A stretch of 64,000 bases of DNA from Nostoc sp. DedSLP01 (GTDB lineage: Bacteria > Cyanobacteriota > Cyanobacteriia > Cyanobacteriales > Nostocaceae). The notes below the pieces were generated by a model. That model was not told where the DNA came from. It ran no database searches and was given only the letters and a program-made list of their open reading frames with translations. This document shows, in pieces, positions 31,977-42,555 of this stretch (positions within the stretch are counted from its first letter, which is position 1; every line of letters begins with the position of its first letter). The DNA is taken from assembly GCA_034530875.2 (NCBI GenBank), contig JAVRCJ020000009.1, positions 64,001 through 128,000 of the forward strand. The letters run 5' to 3'. Made by a program: the position numbers and the translations under genes.

Positions 31977-32783
31977 ATGTCTAGTAACATTAGCACAGCT
32001 AATAACACTGAAACTGTTTTACGTACAGAAAACCTCAATATTTACTACGGTAAATTTTTAGCCTTGCAGAATATCTGGCTAGATATACCGAAAAATAAAG
32101 TGACAGCTTTTATCGGCCCTTCGGGTTGTGGTAAAAGTACGCTGCTGCGATGCTATAACCGCCTTAATGACCTAATTGAGTCATTTCGCGCAGAAGGTAA
32201 GATACTTTTTTACGATAAAAATTTGTACGCTCCCGACATCGATCCTGTAGAAGTGCGTCGGAGAATTGGAATGGTGTTTCAAAGACCAAACCCATTTCCC
32301 AAATCAATTTATGACAATATCGCTTTTGGAGCCAAAATCAACGGCTACAAAGGTAATATGGATGAATTAGTAGAAAGAAGTCTGCGGCAAGCAGCTTTAT
32401 GGGATGAAGTCAAAGATAAACTCAGACAAAGTGGCTCATCCTTATCAGGCGGACAACAGCAACGGTTATGTATTGCTAGAGCGATCGCAGTCCAACCTGA
32501 AATTATATTAATGGATGAACCTTGCTCCGCCCTTGACCCGATCTCTACATTGCGGGTTGAAGAACTGATTCACGAACTTAAAGAGCAATATACGATTGTT
32601 ATCGTCACCCATAACATGCAGCAAGCGGCGCGTGTTTCTGATAAAACAGCCTTCTTTAATGTCCGAACTACTGAGTCAGGAGGTCGTAACGGCTATATGG
32701 TAGAGTTTGATTCCACAGAAGTAATATTCAATAATCCTAAGCAGGAAGATACCAGAGATTACGTTAGCGGCAGATTCGGATAA
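31977..32783 (+). CDS. pstB: Phosphate ABC transporter ATPase
   Basis: [32 protein letters not shown]. Confidence 0.97.
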   Translation: MSSNISTANNTETVLRTENLNIYYGKFLALQNIWLDIPKNKVTAFIGPSGCGKSTLLRCYNRLNDLIESFRAEGKILFYDKNLYAPDIDPVEVRRRIGMVFQRPNPFPKSIYDNIAFGAKINGYKGNMDELVERSLRQAALWDEVKDKLRQSGSSLSGGQQQRLCIARAIAVQPEIILMDEPCSALDPISTLRVEELIHELKEQYTIVIVTHNMQQAARVSDKTAFFNVRTTESGGRNGYMVEFDSTEVIFNNPKQEDTRDYVSGRFG

Positions 32784-33141
32784 ATATTTATTTCAGTTTA
32801 AGTTCTTAGCTTGTTCTCACAATTTAAACATTTAGTAGTTTTTGGGAGTCCCCACCTTTATAGGTTGAGGGATTTTTGTTTTGTAGCGTATAACAAGAAT
32901 TTAGTCTTAGAAAGAATAGACTTCTTGCACGAATCTTAAAGAGCAAGAATATTAAGTCTCGTGCAAAGATGCAAAGAGTTACAGCAAATGCAACTCGCAG
33001 TTGTATGGTCGCGAAATGCTCTCTTATAAATTGCATAATCCGATTAAATCAAACTCTTCTAGGCTATGCATTGCCTAGCCTAGTTATGCAAAGTAAATGT
33101 TTAACAGCTTCCTAGTCCAGAATGGGTAATAAATAAAGCAA

Positions 33142-33825
33142 TTACACTTTACCTGCCAAGTTCATTAACTGTTTGAAGTTAACAAGATAAATAATATTGT
33201 TGGCGGTGTCAATGTTAATCCACCCTTTTTCATTCAGCTTTTCCATGATTTTGGTGGCTTCTTCAACGCCGATTTCTGTCACCTCTGCTAAATCTTTAAA
33301 GGGAATGTTAAAAATTTCTCTTCCCCGATCGGATTCTTGACCATAGCTTTCGCCTAAAGTCACTAAGGTATGAGCGAGTTTAACTGCTGGTGGTGAAGAC
33401 CGCATTTGCAAGCGCAGATTAATTTGCCGCAACCGCCGCACCATTAGTTGCAACATTCGGTGATGTAATTGCGGGTCTTTAAACAATATTTGAATAAAAC
33501 GCTCTCTGGAAATGCTAAGTAACTTCACTGGTGAAAGGGAAATAACATCAGTTGAACGGGGAGATTCATCCAAAATTGCCATTTCTCCAAAAAAATCCCC
33601 ACGGCCAAAAATTGCCAAAGCTACTGAATCATCCCCGACGGTACGTCGGACTTTTACCCAACCAGACACTACGAGATAAACGGCATTACCCCAAGCATCT
33701 TCCATGAGAACAGCTCGCCCACCTGGGTATTCATGTTCAGTTGCAACGTTGAGTAGCCATTCCAAAGTCTGTGGGTTGGCTGTACTCATCAAGGGGAAAA
33801 GTTCACTAAAAACCTCTGTTTGCAT
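33142..33825 (-). CDS. Crp/Fnr-family transcriptional regulator
   Basis: cNMP-binding motif FFGEMAILDESPRS plus C-terminal HTH. Confidence 0.92.
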   Translation of the reverse strand: MQTEVFSELFPLMSTANPQTLEWLLNVATEHEYPGGRAVLMEDAWGNAVYLVVSGWVKVRRTVGDDSVALAIFGRGDFFGEMAILDESPRSTDVISLSPVKLLSISRERFIQILFKDPQLHHRMLQLMVRRLRQINLRLQMRSSPPAVKLAHTLVTLGESYGQESDRGREIFNIPFKDLAEVTEIGVEEATKIMEKLNEKGWINIDTANNIIYLVNFKQLMNLAGKV

Positions 33826-34023
33826 GAAATATTTGCAAGAATATGGATTTAAAAGCGGAAAATTAACTTGCTACTATAACTTGATTTCAACCGTAATCTT
33901 ACTCAGACAAAATGTAAGATTTATATTGATTTGTTCTAACCTTTTTAAACCGATCGCCTGAGAGTTCGATAACAACATAACAATTATGTATTGCGATCGA
34001 AATCAGCGGTTTTACTGATAGAC

Positions 34024-35253
34024 TTATGATTTATTGTTTGTTGGTGGATTGCTATCTAGTGACAGTTTTTTGATTTGGTGGTCTAAATTTTTCACTAGCT
34101 TATTTAAGGTAACTAAAGCTTCTAATTGCTGAGACTCAAGCCCGGGATTGAGAAAAAGCCGTTCTTGTAGTTCGTGCAACTTAAAGCTTAGTTGCTGAGA
34201 AATTCCTAAAGCATCGCGGCTCAAACGCATCAACTGTTGCTGTTGATAAAACTTTAATGCTGCTCCCCGTAACACTTGGAGTGTAGCTTCTTCGCCGTAC
34301 ATTCCTGGCATAACTCGCAAGCGTAATAATAAACGGTTTTTTTGATATAAGCATTCTTTCTCTACCTCTTTTGGTTCCGCAATCTTGGTAATAGGTAGGG
34401 AAGCAAACCGCTTTAACTCATTAAGTACTCCTTGGAAAACAGAGAGTGGGAGTTTGTCTAATACAGACTGCAATACTCCATTATCACTCCATAGTATTCT
34501 GCCTTCGTAAGGTTGTCTTTCTAAATATAGCCGACCAATTCCCCCTGCCAAAATTCGTCCTAGTAATTCTTCTAGCAATCTCTTGGGGGGTAGGGTTGCC
34601 AGCACTTCAATAGGACTAAATAGTTCTGGGCTTTCTATTGGCAAAATAGGTAAATTATCTATTAAAGCAGCTTCGGAAGTATCTGCTTGTTGGCCTCTAT
34701 TTCCAGAGGTTAAGAAAGTAGTAAGTTGAGAGGGATTTTCTAGATTTGTTGCTGGCAAATCTACTCGTTGTACAGAATGCTTATTAGTTGGTGTCTCAGG
34801 TGTTGTGAATGTAGGTGGTGGCTGCAATTGAGAGTCAGTATCACCAGAGTCAATAAATCTATCAAAAATGGTAACTGTCATTTGCTCATCTGCTTGTTGA
34901 GCATCTATTAGGGATGTATTTTTGTGGTTGAGATAGGCTGAGAGTATTCTTCGATGAGCTTCAGCTGCGATCGCCTCAGTTATCAGCGTGCAATTGATAT
35001 AAGTGAGAATGCGACTAACATAATCTAGTGCCTCAGCATCTTCTGGATGAACCATACCTAGCAATAGCTGGTTGTCTTTTAGGCAAAAAGGCAAAATTTG
35101 GTGGTACAGGCAAGCTTCAAACGACAAAAAACTATCCATTAGCTGGAATATTTGCTCGCGTTCGGTTTCTTGCTCCCACTTACTTTGTGTAGCCGTTAGC
35201 ACCTGTTGTCCGTTGACTGTGGTATTTGTGAGTTCGCCCTCTGAAGACAACAT
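34024..35253 (-). CDS. PilB/GspE N-terminal-like protein lacking the ATPase domain
   Basis: ILPF...LLLGMVHPED (GspE/PilB N1) and RLRVMPGMYGEEATLQVL (N2 end); no Walker A. Confidence 0.7.
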   Translation of the reverse strand: MLSSEGELTNTTVNGQQVLTATQSKWEQETEREQIFQLMDSFLSFEACLYHQILPFCLKDNQLLLGMVHPEDAEALDYVSRILTYINCTLITEAIAAEAHRRILSAYLNHKNTSLIDAQQADEQMTVTIFDRFIDSGDTDSQLQPPPTFTTPETPTNKHSVQRVDLPATNLENPSQLTTFLTSGNRGQQADTSEAALIDNLPILPIESPELFSPIEVLATLPPKRLLEELLGRILAGGIGRLYLERQPYEGRILWSDNGVLQSVLDKLPLSVFQGVLNELKRFASLPITKIAEPKEVEKECLYQKNRLLLRLRVMPGMYGEEATLQVLRGAALKFYQQQQLMRLSRDALGISQQLSFKLHELQERLFLNPGLESQQLEALVTLNKLVKNLDHQIKKLSLDSNPPTNNKS

Positions 35254-35561
35254 AGATTTAATTAGCTGGTGTTTATTTATATAGTATTTTGTCTCAAGTT
35301 TAGTAGGTAGTTGATAAAAATGCTTTGTTAAATTGTTAAAAGTTCAATTATTTATTACATAAGTAGACGTAAGTAAAAGATAAATTTTCGATTAAGTCTC
35401 AGGGATAATACTGAGGATTGGGCATTGGGTATAGGAAGAGGCAGAGGGACAAGGGCAAGAAGGCAAGGGGGAAAATAAAAATTACCTCTTTCCCCTCTGC
35501 TCCCTGCTCCCTGCCCCCCTGCCTTAACAGCCATCTCACGCGTCCCCACGTTTAGGCTGGC

Positions 35562-36749
35562 TTACTCCTCGGTTCTTAAAGCTTGGGCTGCAAGATAGAC
35601 TTTTGTCCATTCGCCTAGCACTTGATGAGTTTTGAGTTTTAATTGTTGGGCTATTTCTTCTATTGATTTACCTGCTTTGCGCAAATCTAGGATCTGCCGT
35701 CCCAGAGGAGTGAGTTTTTCATCAAGTTGCTGCCATTGATTTTGTGTTAGCCCAAAGTTATGTTCTTGCAAGGAAATTGAGAGCCAGCTTTCTACGAGTT
35801 CTGGTTTACCTTTGAGGGCAAAAACGCGCACAGCATGGTAACTAATTTTTTCTCGCAGTCGGTATACTTCTTTAGTAGGCTTATCCAGCTTCTTGGAAAT
35901 CTCTTCTTGGGTTTTACCTTGGAGATACAATCGCAGCCACTCTACTGCGTCTGTTCCCAGATTTTCTTGTAAATAATTTTCAAATTCTTTTTGTACGGAC
36001 TGACGTAAGGCTTGTTGTTCTTCTTGTTGTTGTGTTTCTTGATATTCTGCGATCGCTTGGCTATCGACTAAGTTAACTCGATTGTCGCTGTCGTCTGTAA
36101 GAACTTCTTCTGATACTAGTCGAATTAAATCGCGGCTTGGGACTTGGGTTAAGCCGCCGCGTTGAGTCCGACGCAAGTAATTTACAAAACGGTAAGCCAA
36201 TAGGGGTTGATTGCGTACTGGGCGCAAACAATATTCTTCGACGCTGGCAAACAGCAAAGCATCAGCTAATCGGCGATCGCTTGTATATTTGGCGATGTCA
36301 GCCATTTGCTGTTGCATGTAGGTATCGTTTTGCAGTAATTCTTGTAGTACTTCTTGCAAGACATCGATAACGCTACGCTGGCGATCGCGACTCAGAGCAA
36401 CCCAAGTCTGAATTTTATTCCGTAATGTTGCTAAACTCCCCAATCGCGTTATCAAGTTGCGATAGGCGCGTTCTCGCCCTAAACCTAAGTAGCGTTGACG
36501 TAAAATCCTCCAGCGATATTCCATTGCTTGCTTGGCAATTTCAAGTTCTTTCGGGTTAAACAGATCGAACCGTTTTGAATCAGATCCAAGCAGCCAGAGA
36601 ATAATGCTTTGTCTTGTAGCTTCACTTAGTTCTGGACATTCTCCGGCCAAGCGCTTTTGCCAATCTCGAGCCAGTTTTTCGTCATCCCTTGTCATAGCGA
36701 GATTGCGCTCCTCGAAACTCAATTTTGAAGTTTGCATCACAACCCCCAT
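35562..36749 (-). CDS. HetZ-related protein (HTH-bearing)
   Basis: RYLGLG.ERAYRNL, LSRDRQRSV.DVLQE, LAYRFVNY; two HTH-like segments; start uncertain. Confidence 0.75.
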   Translation of the reverse strand: MGVVMQTSKLSFEERNLAMTRDDEKLARDWQKRLAGECPELSEATRQSIILWLLGSDSKRFDLFNPKELEIAKQAMEYRWRILRQRYLGLGRERAYRNLITRLGSLATLRNKIQTWVALSRDRQRSVIDVLQEVLQELLQNDTYMQQQMADIAKYTSDRRLADALLFASVEEYCLRPVRNQPLLAYRFVNYLRRTQRGGLTQVPSRDLIRLVSEEVLTDDSDNRVNLVDSQAIAEYQETQQQEEQQALRQSVQKEFENYLQENLGTDAVEWLRLYLQGKTQEEISKKLDKPTKEVYRLREKISYHAVRVFALKGKPELVESWLSISLQEHNFGLTQNQWQQLDEKLTPLGRQILDLRKAGKSIEEIAQQLKLKTHQVLGEWTKVYLAAQALRTEE

Positions 36750-37710
36750 TCATCCCACCTAACCTAAATGTTTAACTGGCAGCTGCCCTGTTTTTCATGA
36801 GTTTCATGAAAAGATCTCAGTGATTCCACTTTTATTACGTCTGAATTCACTAAATTTATGCAGAAATTTCCGGATTCATGTTTGTCTTGGGAGTTCAAAG
36901 TGCCCTAAACCAATATCTATAAGGTATTTCCGCTAATTCTGTTAATTTAACTTTTTGTTAAGTTATCTTTCTTAACTGAGAACAGAAATCTAATTAGATG
37001 TAGTTAGGGAAACTGACTTTTGGGAACCGAGTCAAGGAACGAATTTTGATTTAACTGTACATCAGACGCTATTCCATCCGTATAAGTTTCAACTCTTGGC
37101 AAGAGTTAATGTAATACAATACTTAGTTTTACTTTATATGATGAAATAGTCTAATTAAGTATATATATGGAAATTAGCAGTTAATAAATAGTCAAAATAT
37201 TAATACTGCAAATCTATCCATCAAGCTAATTGATATTTTAAATCATGTAAAATAATTGTTTTTGAGTTGATACTTATCTCATGGAGACTAATGCTGCGAT
37301 CGAAGACATTATTTAGCTCGAACCATATAATTTCGGGGATTGATGAATCATAGAGATCGATGAGCTTTGGGTAAAGACGAGCCAGGTACTAAGAGTGGAT
37401 ATGCCAACTTCAAGCAACTGGCGTCGCAAAGGTAGAATGAAGAATTCATCGGTCAATTCAGAAACGCCAGATTTTGGACAGTTACTGTCAGTACAACTGG
37501 GGATAAGTCTGAGTATGCCAGATAGCGATCGCTCTTCTAGGTGGTAGGGATAAATAGGGGGATTGTTCGTTTTGATTTTTTAGCAAAGCCAGATAAGCTC
37601 GACTTCTCAGGGAAGCATAAGCTATGAATTTAGGGCGATAGCGTAGCTAAGCCGTGCTTGCGAGCGTCTGACTCCGCCAACGCCAAAGTGGAAAAGAAAA
37701 ATGGTTGAGT

Positions 37711-38061
37711 TTATCGCCCGTTTGACGATCTCACAATGGGGTTTTCTACCGATTCGCGATATTGTTGGACTTCATCAGTGTAAGCAATTGGCAAAACAGC
37801 TTCCACGTTTTCATGGGGACGAGGAATAATTACCCAAGATTCGAGAGTACCACCATAAACATTTTCTGCGGCTTCAACACCAGCAGCCATAGCTGTCTTG
37901 ACCTCAGAAACATCACCACGAATATTAACTGTAAAGCGAGCGCTACCGACTCGAATGTAACCAACGAGGGTGACTCGACCAGCTTTTACCATAGCATCTG
38001 CTGCGGCTAGCACAGCAGGAAAACCTTTAGTTTCCAGCGAACCAACTGCCTGGAGTGACAT
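37711..38061 (-). CDS. ccmK4: Carboxysome shell protein CcmK4
   Basis: BMC domain with [10 protein letters not shown]; follows ccmK3. Confidence 0.92.
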   Translation of the reverse strand: MSLQAVGSLETKGFPAVLAAADAMVKAGRVTLVGYIRVGSARFTVNIRGDVSEVKTAMAAGVEAAENVYGGTLESWVIIPRPHENVEAVLPIAYTDEVQQYRESVENPIVRSSNGR

Positions 38062-38147
38062 TAGTAATCTCCTGTAGGAATAAACGATATGTGGTGTTAC
38101 AAGTTAATTGTACGAAGCTTCGCTACAAATTTTGATAGCGAAACTGC

Positions 38148-38459
38148 TTAGAACATGCGGAAAGGTTCTGATTTTTGAGTGAAATGGATTGGTAATATGG
38201 TTTCCACATTTTCCGGGGGGTTGGGAACTATGTAGTGGGTAATTACTGTTTCAGCCTTTACTTGCTCTCCAGCATTAATACCTTCTTCAACAGCCCTTTT
38301 AACTTCAGCAACTTGTCCCCGGATAGCGACTACAAAGCGACCACTCTCGGCTAGACCATAATACACCAACGTGACTGCGGCAGATTTCACCATTGCATCT
38401 GCTGCGGCTAAGACACTAGGAAAACCTAAAGTTTCGATTACGCCAACCGCCATTGGCAT
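38148..38459 (-). CDS. ccmK3: Carboxysome shell protein CcmK3
   Basis: BMC domain MPMAVGVIETLGFP...AESGRF. Confidence 0.92.
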   Translation of the reverse strand: MPMAVGVIETLGFPSVLAAADAMVKSAAVTLVYYGLAESGRFVVAIRGQVAEVKRAVEEGINAGEQVKAETVITHYIVPNPPENVETILPIHFTQKSEPFRMF

Positions 38460-38717
38460 GGCATTAGCTCCTAATTTATGGGACAGGCGATATCAATTGT
38501 ACGTGGCTTTAGTCCCAATTTTGACATTTTGGAAAACTTTCTTTAATGGGAGGTTGGCGCAATAGTAAGTGGGGAATGGAAAGTGAGAATGTTTTGCTAG
38601 CGGTTGGATTAGGTTTATATATTACAAGTATTACTTGAGGTTATTAGTTTGTGTAATTTTGTTGTTTTACAAAATTAGGGATATATGGAGGTGAGCTAAT
38701 AGGATAAACTAAAATTT

Positions 38718-39608
38718 ATGTTTCCGAATTTTCTTCCTACAGCAGTTGGGCAACTGACAGAACCAGCCTCGATCGCATTAGCTCGGAGTATTCAAACTTG
38801 CGCGATCGCTACTCCTTTAATTAAGGCACCAATCACCACAACTTATGTCAAGCAAGGAAGTGGTGGAACTCCTATTTTATTAATTCACGGCTTTGACAGT
38901 TCTGTATTAGAATTTCGCCGGCTTTTACCACTGCTGGCTGAAGATTGTGAAACGTGGGCAGTGGATTTGTTGGGCTTTGGATTTACAGATAGACTCTCAG
39001 GAATTGCCTACAGTCCAACTGCAATTAAAACCCATCTTTATTATTTTTGGAAAAGCTTGATTAACCAACCTGTTATTTTGGTGGGGGCTTCAATGGGGGG
39101 TGCGACAGCAATTGATTTGGCGCTGACTTATCCAGAAGTTGTTAAAAAGCTAGTGTTAATTGATAGTGCTGGGTTAGCGGGTGGTTCGCCATTAAGTAAA
39201 TTAATGTTTCCTCCATTGGATCGTTTAGCAACTCAGTTTTTGAGTAATATGAAGGTGCGCGATCGCGTTTCTCGCATTGGATATAAAAATCAAACTCTCG
39301 CTTCTCTGGATGCCTTATATTGCGGTGCATTACACCTACAAATGCCCAGTTGGAATCAAGCTTTGATTGCTTTTAGTAAAAGTGGTGGTTACAGTGCTTT
39401 TAGATTTAAAACTCTATCGCAAATTGTGCAAAAGACACTAATTTTATGGGGCGATGCCGATAAAATTCTGGGTACTAAGGATGCCATGAGATTTAAAAGA
39501 GCAATTCCACAAAGTACTCTAGTTTGGGTTCAAGATTGCGGACATCTTCCTCATTTAGAACAACCACAAATTACTGCCAAGCATATTTTAAACTTTTGTA
39601 GCGAATGA
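38718..39608 (+). CDS. Alpha/beta hydrolase
   Basis: HGFDSS, GASMGG nucleophile elbow, WGDAD, GHLPH. Confidence 0.92.
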   Translation: MFPNFLPTAVGQLTEPASIALARSIQTCAIATPLIKAPITTTYVKQGSGGTPILLIHGFDSSVLEFRRLLPLLAEDCETWAVDLLGFGFTDRLSGIAYSPTAIKTHLYYFWKSLINQPVILVGASMGGATAIDLALTYPEVVKKLVLIDSAGLAGGSPLSKLMFPPLDRLATQFLSNMKVRDRVSRIGYKNQTLASLDALYCGALHLQMPSWNQALIAFSKSGGYSAFRFKTLSQIVQKTLILWGDADKILGTKDAMRFKRAIPQSTLVWVQDCGHLPHLEQPQITAKHILNFCSE

Positions 39609-39893
39609 CATTAATTTATAACCGATTATCTCTAATAGCTTCAACCGTTGCTCGCCAATTTATTTAGCGCTTATCTAAGATAAAAAGCTTTTCACCTATT
39701 GATAACGGGTTTTACACAACCCGTTATTTTTCTGCAATTATGTTATTTTCACATAATTTTAGGGAACTATATAGCTCAATACTGTCGAGTCTTTGAGAAT
39801 CAAGCCTAAAGTAAATTTGTCTTTCAAGCAGAGACTAGATTTTTTGGGTAAATTTGAAAAGTTTCTAGTAAGTGAGTTAATAGAGAAATAGGT

Positions 39894-40913
39894 ATGACAA
39901 TAGAAAAAAATAATAAATTAGACGCCTTAAAAGCATTAAGCATTGGTTTTGTTTTTTTATGGCATTTACGCCCATTCCAATTTATCATCAATAGTCCTGC
40001 TGATATTACTGTATTGATGATTGCCAAAATTATCAGAGATTTGGAACTGCAATTATCTTTAACAGCCGTTCCAATTTTTTATCTTGTTTCTCTTTACTTA
40101 TTTTTTCAACATTCCAGCGATATAGAATATTTCAAAAAGAGACTCAATAAGCTGATTGAAATTTATTTATTTTGGGTACTTGTTCAGAATATATTTTTTA
40201 TTATAGTTACCAAACAAATTCCTAATTTTTCATGGGAATTTTTTATAGGTTTAGAGCCAAACTTACCAATTGTTGGAGATTCAGTTTTTTATTTTCTATT
40301 TAATTTAATTTGTTTAACAATTTTGGCTTTTTTGTATCAACTCATCAAATCAGATTTTTTCATAAAGATAGTATCTTTAATAATAGTAATATTTTCTTTA
40401 ATTTATTTTGAAGCTTCTTACTTCCTAAATTTTAGTATCCCTTACCATTGGCTAATAAATTTTGTTATTTATATCCCTATAGCTTTTTACTTAGCTAAAT
40501 TTCCAGATAAAGTGTTACGCTTTAAACTTTGGTACTTAATTGCATTTATTTTATTTTCCTTCCATGACGTATATTTGCGCGATTCTGGCTACAACTCAAG
40601 TATTTATGCAAGAATTGCTATTGTTTGTGGAGCGATCGCTATTTTCTGCTATGTTTATTCTCGAAAAGAAATCAAACACAATTTATTAGTACAGCAATTA
40701 TCAAAATATTCTCTTGGTTTATTTTCATTACATAAATACTGGCAATACTTATTCTTTTTATTAATCGAACGTTATCAAATTGCTATAGATACAACACTTT
40801 TTGGAACGGCTTTGAGTACAATTTTTATAATTGAAGGATTTGTTGTTGTATTTTTTACTATTGTCAGTGTTTATTTATTAAGGTTAACGTTTTTAAAACA
40901 GTTTATTACCTAA
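39894..40913 (+). CDS. Acyltransferase-3 (OafA-like) membrane protein
   Basis: LDALKALS..FV..WH, AVPIF, SKYSLGLF.LH; many TM helices; very AT-rich. Confidence 0.8.
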   Translation: MTIEKNNKLDALKALSIGFVFLWHLRPFQFIINSPADITVLMIAKIIRDLELQLSLTAVPIFYLVSLYLFFQHSSDIEYFKKRLNKLIEIYLFWVLVQNIFFIIVTKQIPNFSWEFFIGLEPNLPIVGDSVFYFLFNLICLTILAFLYQLIKSDFFIKIVSLIIVIFSLIYFEASYFLNFSIPYHWLINFVIYIPIAFYLAKFPDKVLRFKLWYLIAFILFSFHDVYLRDSGYNSSIYARIAIVCGAIAIFCYVYSRKEIKHNLLVQQLSKYSLGLFSLHKYWQYLFFLLIERYQIAIDTTLFGTALSTIFIIEGFVVVFFTIVSVYLLRLTFLKQFIT

Positions 40914-40990
40914 TAAATAGAAGTTCATAATATCAGGCTTGGATAAACGCTGATAATTCAATCTTTCATCTATCTTAACCACAAGTACCT

Positions 40991-41022
40991 GTAGGGTAGC
41001 ACAGCTAGCTATGCTACCCTAC
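40991..41022. repeat. 32-bp REP-like palindrome (copy 1 of 3)
   Basis: GTAGGGTAGCACAGCTAGCTATGCTACCCTAC. Confidence 0.85.
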
Positions 41023-41124
41023 TTAATCTTTGTACAAATGGCTAAAGCTTTTAGTTCAAGTTTTTACAATTGTTTTCGAGCTTACTTTAAAAGCATCTTA
41101 AATTTTTACTTACTCTTAACAGTA

Positions 41125-41727
41125 CTAGTCATACAGCCAAGTGTTATTTGCAAAATCATCATTCGTTTGCGTTTGTTGCTCTGCTAATTTTTCAGAGGAA
41201 CGATGTGATTTTCTATAATTAAGTGGACTGTAGCTTTCTTTTGCTGGTTTGATTGCGCTAGTTTGTTGGGGAACAATTTGAGATTTAGTTTCTGCTGCTT
41301 GTTTTAAGGCATTAATTTCTTCTATTAGTTTAGAATTTGCTTCTGCAAGTTGTAGTGCTGTTTTTTTGGTTTCGTCTAGTTCTTCTGTTAGCTGTTCTGC
41401 AAGAATTTTTTGTTCGGAAACTAATATTTTTTGCTGAGATAATTTTGATTTTAAATCAACAATTTCCTGTTCTAGAGCAGCTTCTTTTTGATGACTTTTT
41501 TCTAAATTATTTGTCAACTCTTTGATAGTTACTTCTAAATCAGCTTTAGTAGGATTTGTGCGCCTAGTAGTAGGTTCGGGCGTTTGTGGCGACGATTCTT
41601 CATCAGCTGTAGCCTGTTCTTGGCTAATTTCTTCTGCTACAACTTCGATCGCAGATTCATCTTCTGGTGATGTAAATTTTTGCGCCTCTTGTTGCAATAA
41701 ATCCGACAGACTTTGTTTCTTAGCCAT
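41125..41727 (-). CDS. mcdB: Carboxysome positioning protein McdB (type 2-like)
   Basis: Coupled (TAATG) to ParA gene; basic N-terminus, disordered linker, coiled coil, C-terminal WLYD. Confidence 0.7.
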   Translation of the reverse strand: MAKKQSLSDLLQQEAQKFTSPEDESAIEVVAEEISQEQATADEESSPQTPEPTTRRTNPTKADLEVTIKELTNNLEKSHQKEAALEQEIVDLKSKLSQQKILVSEQKILAEQLTEELDETKKTALQLAEANSKLIEEINALKQAAETKSQIVPQQTSAIKPAKESYSPLNYRKSHRSSEKLAEQQTQTNDDFANNTWLYD

Positions 41728-42359
41728 TATTTCCTCCAATCACGCTGTAATTCATCAGCTGCGCGGCGATAATCTATCTCCGCTTCCCGTGCATTTCCTC
41801 CGCGCCATTGAGTAATTGCTAGACCTTCAAGCGCGGCTCGTTCGTGAGCTTTATAGGCGCGGATGAGGGTATCAAAAGCAGGAATACCTAGTCGAGTCAG
41901 AGTTTTTTTTGCTTCTAGTGCTTCCCCGAGACTGCGCGTATCGACTTTGGTGAGCAATACCCGGTGGGGGGTTCCCAAGGGGACGACGGCTTCCTTGACT
42001 GTTTCCACGAGGACAGCTAAATCCATCGCAGCTGGGGGTGTAGGCAAAACTAGGTAATCTGCGATCGCAACTACCGCTACTAATGCTTCAGAGCGCAGCG
42101 CGGGAGGCGTATCCACCACTACTAAATCGTAACCTTTTATTTTTGCTAAATCACCTAAAAGTGTCGGATCTGTTTCTTGAGATAAATCAAATCCCATTCC
42201 TTGCTGACTGCGCCCGAACCACCAACTGGCAGAACCTTGAATATCTGCGTCAATCAGCAACACCTTTTTTTTCTTCGCAAAGTTTGCAGCCAGATTGATT
42301 GCGGTAGTCGTTTTACCGACTCCTCCTTTACCGTTGAGAATAGCGATAATTTTTGGCAC
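41727..42359 (-). CDS. mcdA: ParA-family ATPase McdA (type 2-like)
   Basis: KGGVGKTT deviant Walker A, SASWW, DTPP; short 210 aa; near ccmK3/K4. Confidence 0.75.
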   Translation of the reverse strand: MPKIIAILNGKGGVGKTTTAINLAANFAKKKKVLLIDADIQGSASWWFGRSQQGMGFDLSQETDPTLLGDLAKIKGYDLVVVDTPPALRSEALVAVVAIADYLVLPTPPAAMDLAVLVETVKEAVVPLGTPHRVLLTKVDTRSLGEALEAKKTLTRLGIPAFDTLIRAYKAHERAALEGLAITQWRGGNAREAEIDYRRAADELQRDWRK

Positions 42360-42555
42360 TGCTTTAGGTAGAAAAAGGAAGTGGGAAGTGCGGAGTGAGG
42401 GAATTAAGGAGATGGGGTGATGGGAAGATGGGGAGAATTATACTCCTCACTCAACAGTCAATGCCCCAATGATGAATATACCGCTTTGTGTGACCCTCAA
42501 TCATATAAAAACTCGTAACAATAAAATTTAGAAGCTCTTAATTTCCGAAAGTTCT

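Noticed and set aside
32843..32875. Hairpin resembling an IS200/IS605 end
   Set aside because: Degenerate, with no tnpA/tnpB nearby; may simply be the pst operon terminator
41727..42359. Plasmid or prophage partition system
   Set aside because: No ParB, rep or phage genes; context and partner features fit McdAB better
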